From Felis catus (lineage: Eukaryota): DNA of 64,000 nt. The notes under the pieces were generated by a model. It was not told the DNA's origin and made no database searches. It was given only the letters and a program-made list of their open reading frames with translations. Every line of letters starts with the position of its first letter. The first letter of the stretch is position 1. This document shows, one piece after another, positions 51,240 to 64,000 of the stretch. The stretch lies in NCBI RefSeq assembly GCF_018350175.1, contig NC_058368.1, positions 84,632,001 through 84,696,000 of the forward strand. Reading direction: 5' to 3'. The translations under genes and the position numbers were made by a program.

Positions 51240-51600
51240 TTAGGGCAGGCCACATTTAAAGAAACAAAGCCAATTTAGTACTATGCAGTATAGAGTTGTA
51301 GTTGAACAGGAGCTATCCATCCAGGTTCTTTCTTTAAACCGTATTAAGTGCCTGTGCCACAAAGCACTGTCCCAGTGAACAGGACAGTGTATTTCCCAGG
51401 ACACAGTGTGCTCCTTCTCCATTGTTGGGTGAACCATGCATTGAATCCCTATGGAGATAACCAATTCCTGGACATATGGGAGTGGGCATGAATTCACAGC
51501 TCCCAGAGGACCTGTTTCCAGAGGCACCGTTATCTTTGTAGTGCAGTTCAAATACCTTATACCATGTTTATAAGGTCCTACCTGGTGGGACTCCCATTTG
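51240..51600 (-). mobile_element. Possible ERVL-like protease-region fragment
   Basis: KITVPLETGPLGAV...VQELVISIGI loosely resembles the recalled ERVL motif VRLTVGPVGP...PECIIGID. Confidence 0.3.
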
Positions 51601-51789
51601 CCTCTCCTGCTGCATCCTACAACTCTCCCCTGTTGACCCGTATCCTCCGGTGCATTAGGTCTTTATTCAGTCCATATGGTTTCCATTCCTGGCCTTTGCC
51701 TAATTCTCCCCTTGATGGGGAACACTACCCCACACAACTCACAAATTTACCTGCCTCGTCCTGTCTAGTTTTACTAATCTTTTTGTTTT

Positions 51790-52128
51790 AGGGTTCTTAG
51801 GTAGTATAAAGACTTTTTATGTGTTGATCTTAGTCTAGAACTTTACTAAATTTGTTTTTGTTCTAACTGTAGTTGTTTTATGTACATATATTTAGAATTA
51901 AGCCATCTGCAAACAAATATATATTTACTGTTTCCTTTCAGACTTGGATGCCCTTATTTGTTTTAATCCAATTACTTTGGCTAGCAATTACAATATAATA
52001 TTGAATAGGAGGCATGAGAATGGACATTTTTTTCCTTATTTAAATTATATAAGGAAAAGCTTTAGTTTTTCCACCACTGAGCATGATGTAAGCTGTGAGA
52101 TTGAGTTTTGTGGCCTGTATTGTGTGGT
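51790..52128 (-). mobile_element. L1 ORF2 fragment
   Basis: catctgcaaacaa, ggatgcccttattt, ttgaataggaggcatgagaatggacat. Confidence 0.85.
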
Positions 52129-52152
52129 ATATGTGCTGCCGAAGTGAGCACA
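52127..52152 (-). pseudogene. RNU6: Tailless U6 snRNA 5' fragment (nt 1-25)
   Basis: Reverse complement GTGCTCACTTCGGCAGCACATATAC vs U6 GTGCTCGCTTCGGCAGCACATATAC; 17-bp direct repeat ggcctgtattgtgtggt at 52112-52128 and 52153-52169. Confidence 0.9.
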
Positions 52153-52164
52153 GGCCTGTATTGT

Positions 52165-52817
52165 GTGGTCTCTCCATGAGCACTACAGCATCCTCCAGGA
52201 CATCAGCAGCAGCCCTAGCACCTCCTGGTTGTCAGGGTTTAAACATAAGTACATACAGTACATCTTCCATTTTTTTTTTATCATCCTAGGAGTTCTGTTT
52301 GTCTCTTGATAGTAACTGCATCTTCTATAGTGCTGCTTCTTCTACTGTGACCCAGAGATATCTACTGCATGTCAGTAAATATGGCTCACTTTCCTCCATG
52401 AGCTCTATCAACAGGGGACTCCTCATTTTGACATTACCCAGGGATGTTTTCTTTATAGGAGTCATGCTGTTGTCAAGTGAATACATGGCGATTCTCTTGC
52501 CCATTCATCAGAGGCAGTACCAGCACCTTCACAGTACCAGCCCCTCCTCAAGAGTCTCCACAGAGAGAAGGGCCACGCAGACTGTCCTGTTGGTGAGTTT
52601 CTCTGTGGTCATATACTGGGTGGACGTCATCATCTCATTCTCTTCATGTTTGCTACGGGGATATTATCCAGTCATCCTGGATTTTCAGAAGCTTGTGTCC
52701 AATGTGTATGCCACTGTCAATGCATTGGTGGTAATTTGTCCTGATAAAAAGATAAAAATGTGCTTCAAAAGTGTGGAAAAATTTCAACCAATGTATAACT
52801 ACATATTCATGAAATAG
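52165..52817 (+). pseudogene. Vomeronasal type-1 receptor (V1R) pseudogene, 5'-truncated
   Basis: V1R motifs: GLSMSTT, SPSTSWLSGFKHK, RDVFFIGVMLLSSEYMAILL..HQRQYQHLHSTSPSSRVSTERRATQTVLLVSFSVVIYWVD, NVYATVNALV; frameshifts present; TM1-3 missing. Confidence 0.92.
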
Positions 52818-53364
52818 TTGCCTCCAAAACTGATTATTTTGCTTTTATTCAAAAAGCAGAGTATTTATGTAACATTTAAAATTCAATTTTAATTTAAGTA
52901 TAATTTAACATCATGTCCTAATTTATCTAAATGTATTTGAAACTTATGATGCCAAGGACATTCCAGTGTCAGTAGTATAGTATTCAGGAAGATTTGGTAG
53001 TCCCATGTTTACAAGGTCATTCATTTTGCATTTTATTTCTCATCTCCATTAAGGAAAATTTTCTCTCTATACAAGGAAGTTATACTCTAATACAGCACTA
53101 TTGTACTTTAGTACAATGTTGGTATTCCTTATAGATAGCATAATATTTTTATATTAATTTCAATTTTAATTTCAAGATATTTAGTTACGTATACAATTTT
53201 AGATGAAATGACATTTTCTCTCTGCACGATTTACATTTATTTCTCTTATGTTCTGGCTTCTTTTAAGGCTAAAAAGATTTTTGCTCCCACATTTGTATGT
53301 TTTCTCTATTTTACCTTTCACTACTTTCAAATGTGTTTCTCTTTCTCTAAATGCTTTTATTTTT

Positions 53365-53772
53365 TTTTTCTTTTCTTTTTTAAAGTTTTCATTTGAATTC
53401 CAGGTAATTAAATACAATGAACTATTATTTTCAGGTGTACAAAATAGCGATTCAACATTCCCATACAACACCTGGTATGCATCACAACAGGTGCATTCCT
53501 TAATCCTGATCACAGATTTAACCCATCCCCTCACCCACCTTCCTTCTAGTAGCCATGTGTTTTCTATAGTTAAGAGTCTCTTTCTTGGTTTGCCTCTCTT
53601 TTTTCGCCTTTACTTGTTTGTCTTATTTCATAACTTCCACATATGAGTAAAATCTGATGGTATTTGCCTTTCTCTCACGGACTTATTTCATTTAGCATAA
53701 TATGCTCTAGCTCCATTGCTATTGTTGCAAATGACAAGATTTCATTCATTTTTAATGGCAGAGTTATATTCC

Positions 53773-53806
<34 letters not shown>

Positions 53807-53935
53807 CACACCACATCTTCTTTATCCATTCATCAGTCTATAGACTTTTGTACAGTGTCCAGAATTTAGCTACTGTAGATAATACTGCTGTAAATATCTG
53901 AGGGCATGTATCCCTTTCAATTAGTATACCCTATG
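53365..53935 (-). mobile_element. L1 3' end
   Basis: ccatacaacacctggt, ttctatagttaagagtct, cttatttcatttagcataat; internal (TG)n. Confidence 0.9.
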
Positions 53936-54387
53936 GATATTCCTTTTCTTTGGTGTTTCATTATTTATCTATTTTGTTACAGTGCATTTCTGATTTGAAC
54001 ATCTTTGTCTAGTTTTTAAATTAGAAACTTATTAATCATTCTTGTATTTTATACTATTGTTATTGTATACTCTAGTGAAACAATTAAATGATTTTTCTTC
54101 TTATCCTGATCTTTATTTATCTGTAGTGACTACTGCATTTTACATGAATGTCCAGTCTTTAATGTCCTTGGCTGTGATATTTCTGCTCAATATTCTAGTT
54201 TACTATTTCTTTCATCAACTTGGACTCATTTAATGTTTAATTACAATTTTGTTTTCTAAATTAACTTATTTTAGCCTAATTATATAAGCTCTTTTACCAA
54301 TATTCTTCACCAGAGTATAGCTTGTTTCTCTTTCCATGTATTTTGATTTCCTATTTTTCCATTGTATTTATTGAAATACTTTGAACA

Positions 54388-54590
54388 GGGGCACCTGGGT
54401 GGCACAGTTGGTTAGGCCTCTGACTCTTGATCTTGGATCAGGTCATGATCTCACAGCTCGTGGATTTGGGCCAGCATCAGGCTCTGTGCTGACAGCATGG
54501 AGCCTGCTTAGGATTCTGTCTCCCCTTTTCTCTGCTCCTCCCCGCTCCTGTGCACTCTCTCTCTCTCAAAATAAATAAACTTATTTTTTA
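54388..54590 (+). mobile_element. Can-SINE
   Basis: ggggcacctgggtggcacag head; aaata(c/t)tttgaa on both flanks. Confidence 0.92.
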
Positions 54591-55835
54591 AATATTTTGA
54601 ATATATTGATTATATCTGTATTATGTGACCCTTTATTCATTAGCTTATTTATCTGTGTGTCTCACCCTTTCTAATTTGGTTACAAATTTTGTACATATCA
54701 CATTTTGGATTTCTTCACTCTCTCTGTTCCACTCACTCTCAGGGTAGATTGGAAAATCGACACAGGTTCAATCTATTGCCTTGTGGTCAACCAGGATCTG
54801 GATGGAGAAGTGGGTTCTTAGTTTGATTACTCTTGTAGATCCTGCTATGGACTCACTTCAGGTCCTGGAATGTTCTTATATTTTATTAGCTTTGTTGGAT
54901 ATTTTAAGGGTTCTTTTAAATTTTGAGTACTTTTAGTTATCTGCACTAAAGGAATTTGGAACCCATTTATTATTATTATTATTATTTTACTAAAACTGCA
55001 GATATTCACAAGTACACATGAGGAAAATATTTCATATAAACACTTTTTGACAGACAACATCTTATAAATATTTCTTTTTTATACATATGGACAATTTCTG
55101 CCACATTTTAAGTAACTGTATCACAATATAATTTTTACAACATAATTAATTTAATAATACTTGTAAGTATTTTTGTGTTTTGCACAAATTTCTGATTGGG
55201 TAATCAGTCACTATTAATGGAGTGTGTCTGTGTATCACAATGCATTACTGTTTTTCTATAACATTATGTTACTCTTGGTAGAACTACTTTGTGTATTCAA
55301 GTCCTTTTGCTTCACTTAATATGCTTTATTAGTATATACAAGTTGTTGTAGAAGTAATTTCGATTTGGATTTTCTACCTGGTAGTTATGCAAAAGATGTT
55401 ATTTGAGATATTTGTTTAGTGAGATGCTACTTGTTGATTTTCCTTAAATTGATAGATTCTATTGTCATTTCACAGAGCCCAAAAATATGACATGTAAGAT
55501 TTTTACTTTCATATATTTTATGGTTTTTTAAGCCTTAAAATGTGCCTTTTGAATTAATTACTCTGGCATGTGTTTCTCTGGCATCCTCCTTTTCCTCATC
55601 AAAAATGCTTCCAATTTATCTCCTGAATTACTCAAACTTTCTAATAAAGCTATTTAGCACTTGTAAAGAGTGTTTTGTTTGCCATATATACAAACTACTT
55701 TATGACTATGATGATTTTATTGTCACCTAATGTAATTTTAGATGTCTTAGTGTCTGTCTTACATGAATATTTGTTTTAAATATTGAACTCATTTGAATTA
55801 TATCTATATGAGTATACATCTTGCATGTGTAATTG

Positions 55836-56196
55836 TTTTTTTTATTTTTTAAATAATTTTTAAATGCGTTTTTATTTTTGAGGGAAAGAGACTGAGCAAG
55901 CACTATGATGTGGAGCTTAAACTTGGGCCCCTCAAAATCATGCTCTGAGCTGAGGTCAGATACTTAACCAATTGAGCCATCCAAGCACCCCTTTTTTAAA
56001 TTTTTGTTTAATGTTTATTTTGAAAGAGAGTGTGAGCGGGGGAGAGGCAAAGAGAGAGGGAGGTACAGAATTCAAAGCAGGCTTCAGACAATGAGCTGTC
56101 AGCACAGAGCCTGAAACAGGGCCCAAAATCAGGAGCCATGAGATCATAACCTAAGTAGAAATAGGATGCTTAACCAACTGAGCCACCCAGGTGTCC
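55836..56196 (-). mobile_element. Two Can-SINEs in tandem within one target-site repeat
   Basis: Heads end at ~55990 and ~56196; atgtgtaattgtt at ~55825 and ~56199. Confidence 0.88.
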
Positions 56197-56460
56197 CGTA
56201 TGTGTAATTGTTAGCCACTTCTTGCATAAAATTTTCACATCTCAACACCATTCTTTATTCATGTCATTTTGTATGTCTTTATTCAAATTTATTTTGATTC
56301 TCTAATTATTGATGTAGAAGAGAAGGTCAGATTAGTCTCTGGTCTTGATAAAATTCACAATCAAATGGCACAGTTCCCTATTTTTGTTTTTGTTTTTTTT
56401 TGTTTTTGATCATGTACTGTGTCCACACAGTAAATGTAAGTAGAAAGTACAGTGGTGGTT

Positions 56461-59400
56461 AAACCAGCCCTGCAAGAAATTTTAAGGGGGAACTCTCTGA
56501 GGGGAAAAAAGATGAAAAAAAAATATATATATATATATATACCAAAAGCAAAAATATATTAGAAAGGACCAGAGAACAACACCAGAAACTCCAACTCTAC
56601 AAGCATCATGATGGCAATAAATTCATATCTTTCAGTACTCACTCTAAATGTCAATGGACTCAATGCTCCAATCAAGAGACGTAGGGTAACAGAATGGATA
56701 AGAAAACAAGACCTATCTATATGCTGTTTACAAAAGACCCACTTTAGACCTAAAGACACCTACAAATTGAAAATAAGGGGATGGAGAACAATCTATCATA
56801 CTAATGGTCAACAAAAGAAAGCCGGAGTAGCCATACTTATATCAGACAACCTAGACTTTAAAATAAAAACTGTATCAAGAGATGCAGAGGGACATTATAT
56901 CATAATCAAGGGGTCTATCCACCAAGAAGACCTAACCATTGTAAACATTTATGCGCCAAATGTGGCAGTACCCACATATATAAATCAAGTAATCACAAAC
57001 ATAAAGAAACTCATCGATAGTAATACCATAATAGTAGGAGACTTCAACACCCCACTCACAGCAATGGACAGATCATCTAATAAAAAAATCAGCAAGAAAA
57101 CAAGGGCTTTGAATGACACACTGGGCCAGATGGACTTAAAATATATACTCAGAACATTTCATCCTAAATCAGCAGAACATAAATTTTTCTCCAGTGCACA
57201 TGGAACGTTCTCCAGAATAGAGCATATACTGGGGCACTAATCAGCCCTAAGTAAGTTCAAAAAGATTGAGATCAAACCGTGCATATTTTCAGACCACAAT
57301 GCTATGCAACTCAAAATGAACCACAAGAAAAAATTTGGAAAGGTAACAAATATTTGGAGACTGAAGAACATCCTACTAAAGAATGAATGGGCTAACCAAG
57401 AAGTTAAAGAGGAAATTTAAAAATATATGGAAGTCAATGAAAATGATAACACCACAACCCAAAACCTCTGATATGTGGCAAAGGTGGTCATAAAAGGAAA
57501 GCATATATCAATCCAGGCCTTCCCAAAGAAAGAAGAAAGATCTCAGATTCACAACCTAACTTTATGCCTTAAGGAGCTGGAAAAAGAACAGCAAATAAAA
57601 CCCAAAACCAGCAGGAGACAGGAAATAATAAAGATTAGAGCAGAAATTAATGCTATCAAAACCCCCAAAACAGTGGAAGAGATCAATGAAACCAGAAGAT
57701 GGTTCTTTGAAAGAATTATCAAAATTGATAAACAACCACTAGCCAGTTTGATCAAAAAGAAAAAAAGGAAAGGACCCAAATAAAATCAAGAATGAAGGAA
57801 GACAGATCACAACCAACACAGCAGAAATAAAAACAAGAGAATATTATGAGCAATTACATGCCAATAAAATGGGCATTCTGGAAGAAATGGACAAATTCCT
57901 AGAAAGAAATACACTACCAAAACTGAAACAGGAAAAAATAGAAATTTGAACAGACCAATAACCAATAATGAAATCGAATGAGTAATCAAAAATCTGCCAA
58001 AAAACAAGAGTCCAGGGCCAGATGGCCTCCAGAGGAATTGTACCAAACATTTAAGGAAGAGTTAACACATATTCTCTTGAAACTGTTCCAAAAAAATAGA
58101 AATGGAAGGAAAACATCCAAACTCTTTCTATGAAGCCAGCATTACCTTGATTCCAAAACCAGAGACCTCACTAATAACAAGAACTATAGACCAATTTCCC
58201 TGATGAACATGGATGCAAAAATCCTGAAGATATTAGTCAACCAGATCCAATAATACATTAAAAAAATATTCACCACAACCAAGTGGGATTTATACCTGGG
58301 ATGCAGGCCTGGTTCAATATCCACAAAACAATTAACGTGATTCATCACATCAATAAAAGAAAGGAAAAGAACCTTATGATCCTCTCAATAGATGCAGAGA
58401 AAGCATTTGACAAAATACAGCATCCTTTCTTGATAAAAAACCTCAAGAAAGTAGGGATAGAAGGAGCATACCTCGAGATCATAAAAGCCATATATGAGCG
58501 ATCCAACACTAATATCATCCTCAATGGGGAAAAACTGAGAGCTTCCCCCCTAAGGTCAGGAACAAGATGGGATGGCCACTCTTGCCACTGTTATTCAACA
58601 TAGTATTGGAAGTCATAGCCTCTGCTATCAGACAACACAAAGAAATAAAAGGCATCCAAATCAGCCAAGAGGAGGTCAAATTTTCACTCTTCGCAGATTA
58701 CATGATAGTCTAAATGGAAAACCCAAAAGATTCCAGCAAAAAACTTCTAGGACTGATTCATGAATTCAGCAAAGTTGCAGGATATAAGATCATTGCACAG
58801 AAACCGGTTGCATTCCCATACACCAACAATGAGGTGACAGAAAGAGAAATCAAGAAATTGATCCCATTTACAGTTGCACTAAAAACCATAAAGTACCTAG
58901 GAATAAATCTAACCAAAGAGGTGAAAAATCTATACACTGAAAACTATAGAAAGATTATGAAAGAATTTGAAGAAGACACAAAGAAATGGAAAAAGATTTC
59001 ATGCTCCTGGATAGGAAGAACAAATATTGTTAAAATGTCAGTACTACCCAAAGCACTCTACATATTCAATGCAATCCCTATCAAAATAACACCAGCATTC
59101 TTCACAGAGCTAGAACAAAGAATCCTAAAATTTGTATGGAACGAGAAAAGACCCCAAATAGCCAAAGCAATCTTGAAAAAGAAAACCAAAACAGGAGGCA
59201 TCACAAGCCCAGACTTTAGCCTCTACTACAAAGCTGTAATCATCAAGACAGCATGGTACTGGCACAAGAACAGACAGATCAATGGAACAGAATAGAGAAC
59301 CCAGAAATGGACCCACAAACGTATGGGTAGCTAATCTTTGACAAAGCAGGAAAGAATATCCAATGGAATAAAGACAGTCTCTTCAGCAAGTGGTGCTGAG

Positions 59401-60257
59401 AAAAATGGACAACGACATGCAGAAGAATGAACCTGGACTGCCTTCTTACACCATACACAAAAATAAACTCAAAGTGGAAGAAAGTCCTCAATCTGAGATA
59501 GGAAGCCATCAAAATCCTCGAGGAGAAAGCAGGCAAAAACCTCTTTGATCTTGCCCGCAGCAGTTTCTTACTCAACATGTCTCTGGAAGCAAGGGAAACA
59601 AAAACAAAAATGAACTACTGGGACCTCATCAAACTAAAAATCTTCTGCATAGTGAAGGAAACAATCAGCAAAACTAAAAGGCAACCGACAGAATGGGAGA
59701 AGATATTTGCAAGTGACATATCAGATAAAGGGTTAGTATCCAAAATCTACAAAGAACTTATCAAACTAACCAAAAAACAAAGAATCCAGTGAAGAAATGG
59801 GCAAAAGACATGAATAGACACTTCTCCAAAGAAGACATCCAGATGGCCAACTGACACATGAAAAAATGCTCAACATCACTCATCATCAGGGAAATACAAA
59901 TCAAAACTACAATGAGATACCACCTTACACCGGTCAGAATGGCTCACATTAACCACCCAGGCAACAACAGATGTTGGTGAGGATGAGGAGAAAGAGGATG
60001 TATTTTGCATTGTTGGTGGGAATGTAAGCTGGTACAGCCACTCTGGAAAACAGTATGGAGGTTTCTCAAAAAAACTGAAAATAGAATTACCCTACGACCC
60101 TGCAATTGTACTGCTAGGCATTTATCCACAGGATACAGGTGTGCTATTTCAAAGCTATTAACATGCTCCCCCATGTTAATAGCAGCACTATCAACAATAG
60201 CCAAAGTATGGAAAGAGCCCAAATGTCCATCAATGGATGAATGGATAAAGAAGATGT

Positions 60258-60301
<44 letters not shown>

Positions 60302-60700
60302 ATGGAGTATTACTTGGCAATCGAAAAGAATGAAATCTTGCCATTTGCAACTACATGGTTGGAACTGGAGGGTATTATGCTAAGTGAAATTAGTCAGTCA
60401 GAGAAAGACAAAAATCACATGACTTCACTCATATGAGGATTTTAAGAGACAAAACAGATGAATATAAGGGAAGGGAAACAAAAATAATATAAAAACAGGG
60501 AGGGGGACAAAACAGAAGAGACTCATAAATATGGAGAACAAACTGAGGGTTTCCTGAAGGGTTGTGGGAGGGGCTATGGGCTAAATGGGTAAGGGGCATT
60601 AAGGAATCTACTCCTGAAATCATTGTTTCACTATATACTCACTAATTTGGATGTAAATTTTAAAAAATAAAAAATAAATAAAGTTAAAATTAAAAAAAAA
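56461..60700 (+). mobile_element. Felid LINE-1, truncated at the ORF1 end; full-length but disrupted ORF2, 3'UTR and poly(A)
   Basis: ORF2 starts at 56608 (MMAINSYLSVLTLNVNGLNAPIKR, EN domain) with RT motifs [12 protein letters not shown] and [13 protein letters not shown]; many stops and frameshifts; imperfect TSD aagtaca..gtggt(g/a)gtt. Confidence 0.97.
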
Positions 60701-61456
60701 GTACACCAGTGGTAGTTATACTTGTTTCCTAAAACAGAAAACCCTGTGAAAGTAGTATTCATTGTCTCCCCAAAATCTCATTCTTCTATATTATTATTCC
60801 TTATTTATCCATCTCAACTGAGTATATACATACATGAAATACTCCAAACTAAATTTATATTTCTATATAGATAAACACACATTATCTGAATACATTCAAG
60901 AGGGAATATTATATATGAATAAATCTATAAAAAGTAAAAAGAGTAAAGAAACATTCTTACACACACAAAAGTCCAAACTCATATGGATTTCTTCTTAATT
61001 TATGAAAGATTAAAAAAATATATGCCAATCCTTTGTAAACCTTTCAAAAACAGAGAATGAACTGGGAAATTGACCAATCATTTGCCAATTCATTTTATGA
61101 GACCTGCCAGTATGAGACCCAGAAAAGAGAGTCAGATAAAACCATCATGAGTAATTACAGATCATTATCTCTCATAAATGTAGACACATGAATTATTTTT
61201 TAAAAAACGTGCAAATTGCAGCATATGAAAACAATTATATACAGTGAGTGATGGATCACAGAATTCTACTCCTGAAACCAGTATTGCATTATAAGTTAAC
61301 TAATAAAATTGAAATTACAAATAATTACATACAATGAACACGTATTATCTCTCAAAGACAAATGTTTAACATTTCCAAATCAATCAATGTGATGCACCAT
61401 ACTGATAGATTATAGAACTAAAACTAATACTTTCAATAAATATTGAAAGCACTTCA

Positions 61457-61665
61457 GGTTTCTGGGTGGCTCAGTCAAGCGTCCGACTTCAGCCCAGGTC
61501 ATGATCCCACGCTTCATGAGTTCGAGCCTCATGTCGGACTCTATGCTGAGAGCTCAGAGCCTGGAGCCTGCTTAAGATTCTGTGTCTCCCTCTCTCTTTG
61601 TCCCACCTCTACTTGCACTCTGACTCTGTATCCCAAAAATAAATATTAAAAAAATTAAAAAAAAT
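61457..61665 (+). mobile_element. Can-SINE within an old L1 ORF2 remnant (~60960-61705)
   Basis: ctgggtggctcagtc head; aaatatt(g/a)aaagca on both flanks. Confidence 0.9.
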
Positions 61666-61709
61666 ATTAAAAGCATTTGAAACTAAGACCCAATCATTAT
61701 AGAACCCTC

Positions 61710-62430
61710 AGAGGGAGCTAAGATGGTACACCCTAAGCTGGTCTCATCACTCTAACAGAACTAGATAATCATGAAACCATTCTGAATACCCATAAATTTT
61801 ACCTGAGGACTGACAGAGCAGACAGCACAAGTAGAGAGAGAGAGATGATACCACATCAAGTAATGTAGGAAGTGCAGAGATGTGGCTTGGGGGAGAACCA
61901 GATTACAGATTCTGCAGAGGGGAGGGAGCCCTGGTAATATAGAAAGGAGAGAGGCAGAGAGAAAGAGGAACACAGGATAATGCACAAGGACAACACTTCC
62001 TCAAAACCATTGGCTGGGAAAACTGGAGGGACTGATTTTCACCAGTTTTGGAAACCAGTGTGGCTCAGACTGGATTTTTAAAGGTTAGTGTGTTTGCCTG
62101 GGATAGACCTCTGAGGACTCTGTCCTACTCCTGGTGAAAAGACAGGCAAGCATCCTAAGGGCACAGGTATTATTTGAGGAACACCTAAGGCTCACAGGGA
62201 AGACATTGTTCACTCTTGGAGCATATCTGTGAGAAGTGGCATTTGCATAGATGTCTCTCCAGGGACAAAAGAATACTCAGCAGATATTTCCCTACCATGC
62301 TGCTCAGCATAGATGCAGAACCACCTACTGAGAGGAGCTCAGTGCAGCACTTGCTGTCTACTCTGTTTGCTGCAAGTCACATGCCCCTGAGCTCTGGCCT
62401 GTCTGCGATTATTGATAAAACTTGCATCAC
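61710..62430 (+). mobile_element. Carnivore L1 5'UTR fragment
   Basis: Starts gagggagctaagatgg; reverse-complement similarity to 10500-11110 (ctagataa..attc, ggagcat..tctg.gagaag). Confidence 0.75.
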
Positions 62431-62434
62431 ATAA

Positions 62435-63695
62435 ATGCCCTCCTTAATACCTACCACCTATGTTACCCAATCCCTACTTCCCTTCCAATAAACATCAGTT
62501 TGTCATCTATAGTTAAGAGTTTGTTTTTTCCTTTGTCTCTCTTTCCCCAATCCCCATGTTCTTTTCTTTATTAAATTCCACATATGATTGAAAGCATGCA
62601 ATATTTGTCTTACTCTGACTCATTTCATTTAGCATCGTAGTCTCTAGCTCCATCCATGTCATTGCAAATGAAAAAAAATTGCATTCTTTTCTTATTCTCA
62701 GTAATATTCCATTGTATATATGAGCAACTTCTTTATCATTTCAACAGTTGATGGACACTTGGGCTCTCCATAATTTAGCTACATATTTTTTGTTGTTGTT
62801 GGTATTGATGCTATAAACATCAGGGTGCATGTATCCCTTCAAATTAGTATTTTTATACTCTTTGGGTAGTTTCTAGTGAAATTGCTGGGTCATTCCATTT
62901 TTAATTTTTGAGTAAACTATATACTATTTTCCAGAGTGACTGCACCAGTTTGCACTGCCGTCAACAATGTAATTGAGATCCTTGCCAAAGTCCTTATGAT
63001 ATAGATTTTAGCCATTTTGAAAGGTATGAGGTCATACCTCATTGTAGTTTTAATTTGTATTTCCTTGATTATAAGTGATGTTGAGCATCTTTCATGTGTC
63101 TGTTGGAAATTTGGATGTCTTCTTTGGAAAATTGTCTATTCGTGTCTTCTGCCCATGTTCTAATTGGATTGTTCAGTTTTCAGGTGCTGAGTTTTTGTTT
63201 TAGTTTGTTTTTAGTTTATTTATTTTGAGATAGTCAGAGACAATGCAAGCAGGGGAGTTGCAGGGACAGATGAAGAGACAGAAAATACCAAACAGAGCCA
63301 GATGCAGGATTTGAATTCACAAAACTCTGAGATCATGACCTGACCCAAAACCAAGAGTCATGTTCAACTAACTAAGCTGCCCAGGTGCCCCTCAGGGATT
63401 GAGTTTAATAAATTTTTTAAAAAATATATTTTGGATAAGAACCAATTATCAGACATATCATTTGCAAATATCTTCTCCATCCTGAAGGTTGCCATTTACA
63501 TATGCTTATTGTTTCCTTCCCTGTGCAGAAGATTTTATCTTGATGAGGTCCCAATAGATTATCATTGTTTTTGTTTCTCTTGCCTCTGGAGACTTGTCTA
63601 GTATGAAGTTGCTACAGCCAATGTTAAAGACGTTACTGCCTGTGTTCCCTTCAAGGATATTAATGGTTTCCTGTCATAGACTCTAAGTCTAAAGT
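62435..63695 (-). mobile_element. L1 3' region with a nested Can-SINE (~63195-63391)
   Basis: atctatagttaagagt, gatgttgagcatctttcatgtgtctgttgg, atatcatttgcaaatatcttctcc. Confidence 0.92.
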
Positions 63696-64000
63696 TCTCT
63701 TTTGGCCAGCAAAAAAGTGGGACACAGGATGAGAAGCAAGAGATGGCTATGTCTGGGAAAAGACAAGAGCCCTGAGTAAGGGTCCTTGCCCCATATTTAC
63801 TAATATCAGAAGGCTTACAAACATGATGGGCGCACACAAAGAGACAAAGAAAATGGGCACATTAACTTGGGGATGTGAGAGAAAAGCGGGATTTTGAAGA
63901 TATACGGTGTTTAGAGTATGGGTCAATATAAAACAAAATCCTGGTGCTAGGCAGATGGGCCAATGGTTGTTAATGTCAGACAGGAGGTGCCATGTCTGTT

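Noticed and set aside
56608..60436. L1 ORF2 pieces as a functional reverse transcriptase or a novel RT system
   Set aside because: Ordinary LINE-1 with many stops and frameshifts and almost no ORF1

Overview
Mammalian genomic DNA from a cat-family (felid) carnivore, judged from the tRNA-derived Can-SINEs and the L1 3' ends. It is repeat-dense, with many nested LINE-1 fragments, about 18 SINEs, MIRs and an ERV-like piece. I found no intact protein-coding gene; most ORFs in the track are L1/SINE-derived or spurious. Recognisable non-TE items: (1) a decayed processed pseudogene of PRKAG2 (AMPK gamma-2) on the minus strand, ~16.3-19.0 kb, apparently copied from the short isoform; (2) a 5'-truncated vomeronasal type-1 receptor (V1R) pseudogene, ~52.2-52.8 kb; (3) a 24-bp tailless U6 snRNA retrocopy with a 17-bp TSD. 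The most unusual signal is three ancient paralogous cassettes (A ~21.2-23.5 kb minus, B ~29.3-32.9 kb minus, C ~44.3-46.8 kb plus). Together they reconstruct an intronless gene I cannot identify: CCAAT/TATA promoter, a signal-peptide-like N-terminus, and a 25-aa (75-bp) E/P/Q/H/W-rich tandem repeat, with ~21 units in B and ~4 in C. All three copies are disabled here. Repeat boundaries were read by eye and are approximate; family names come from recalled consensus sequences, not searches.
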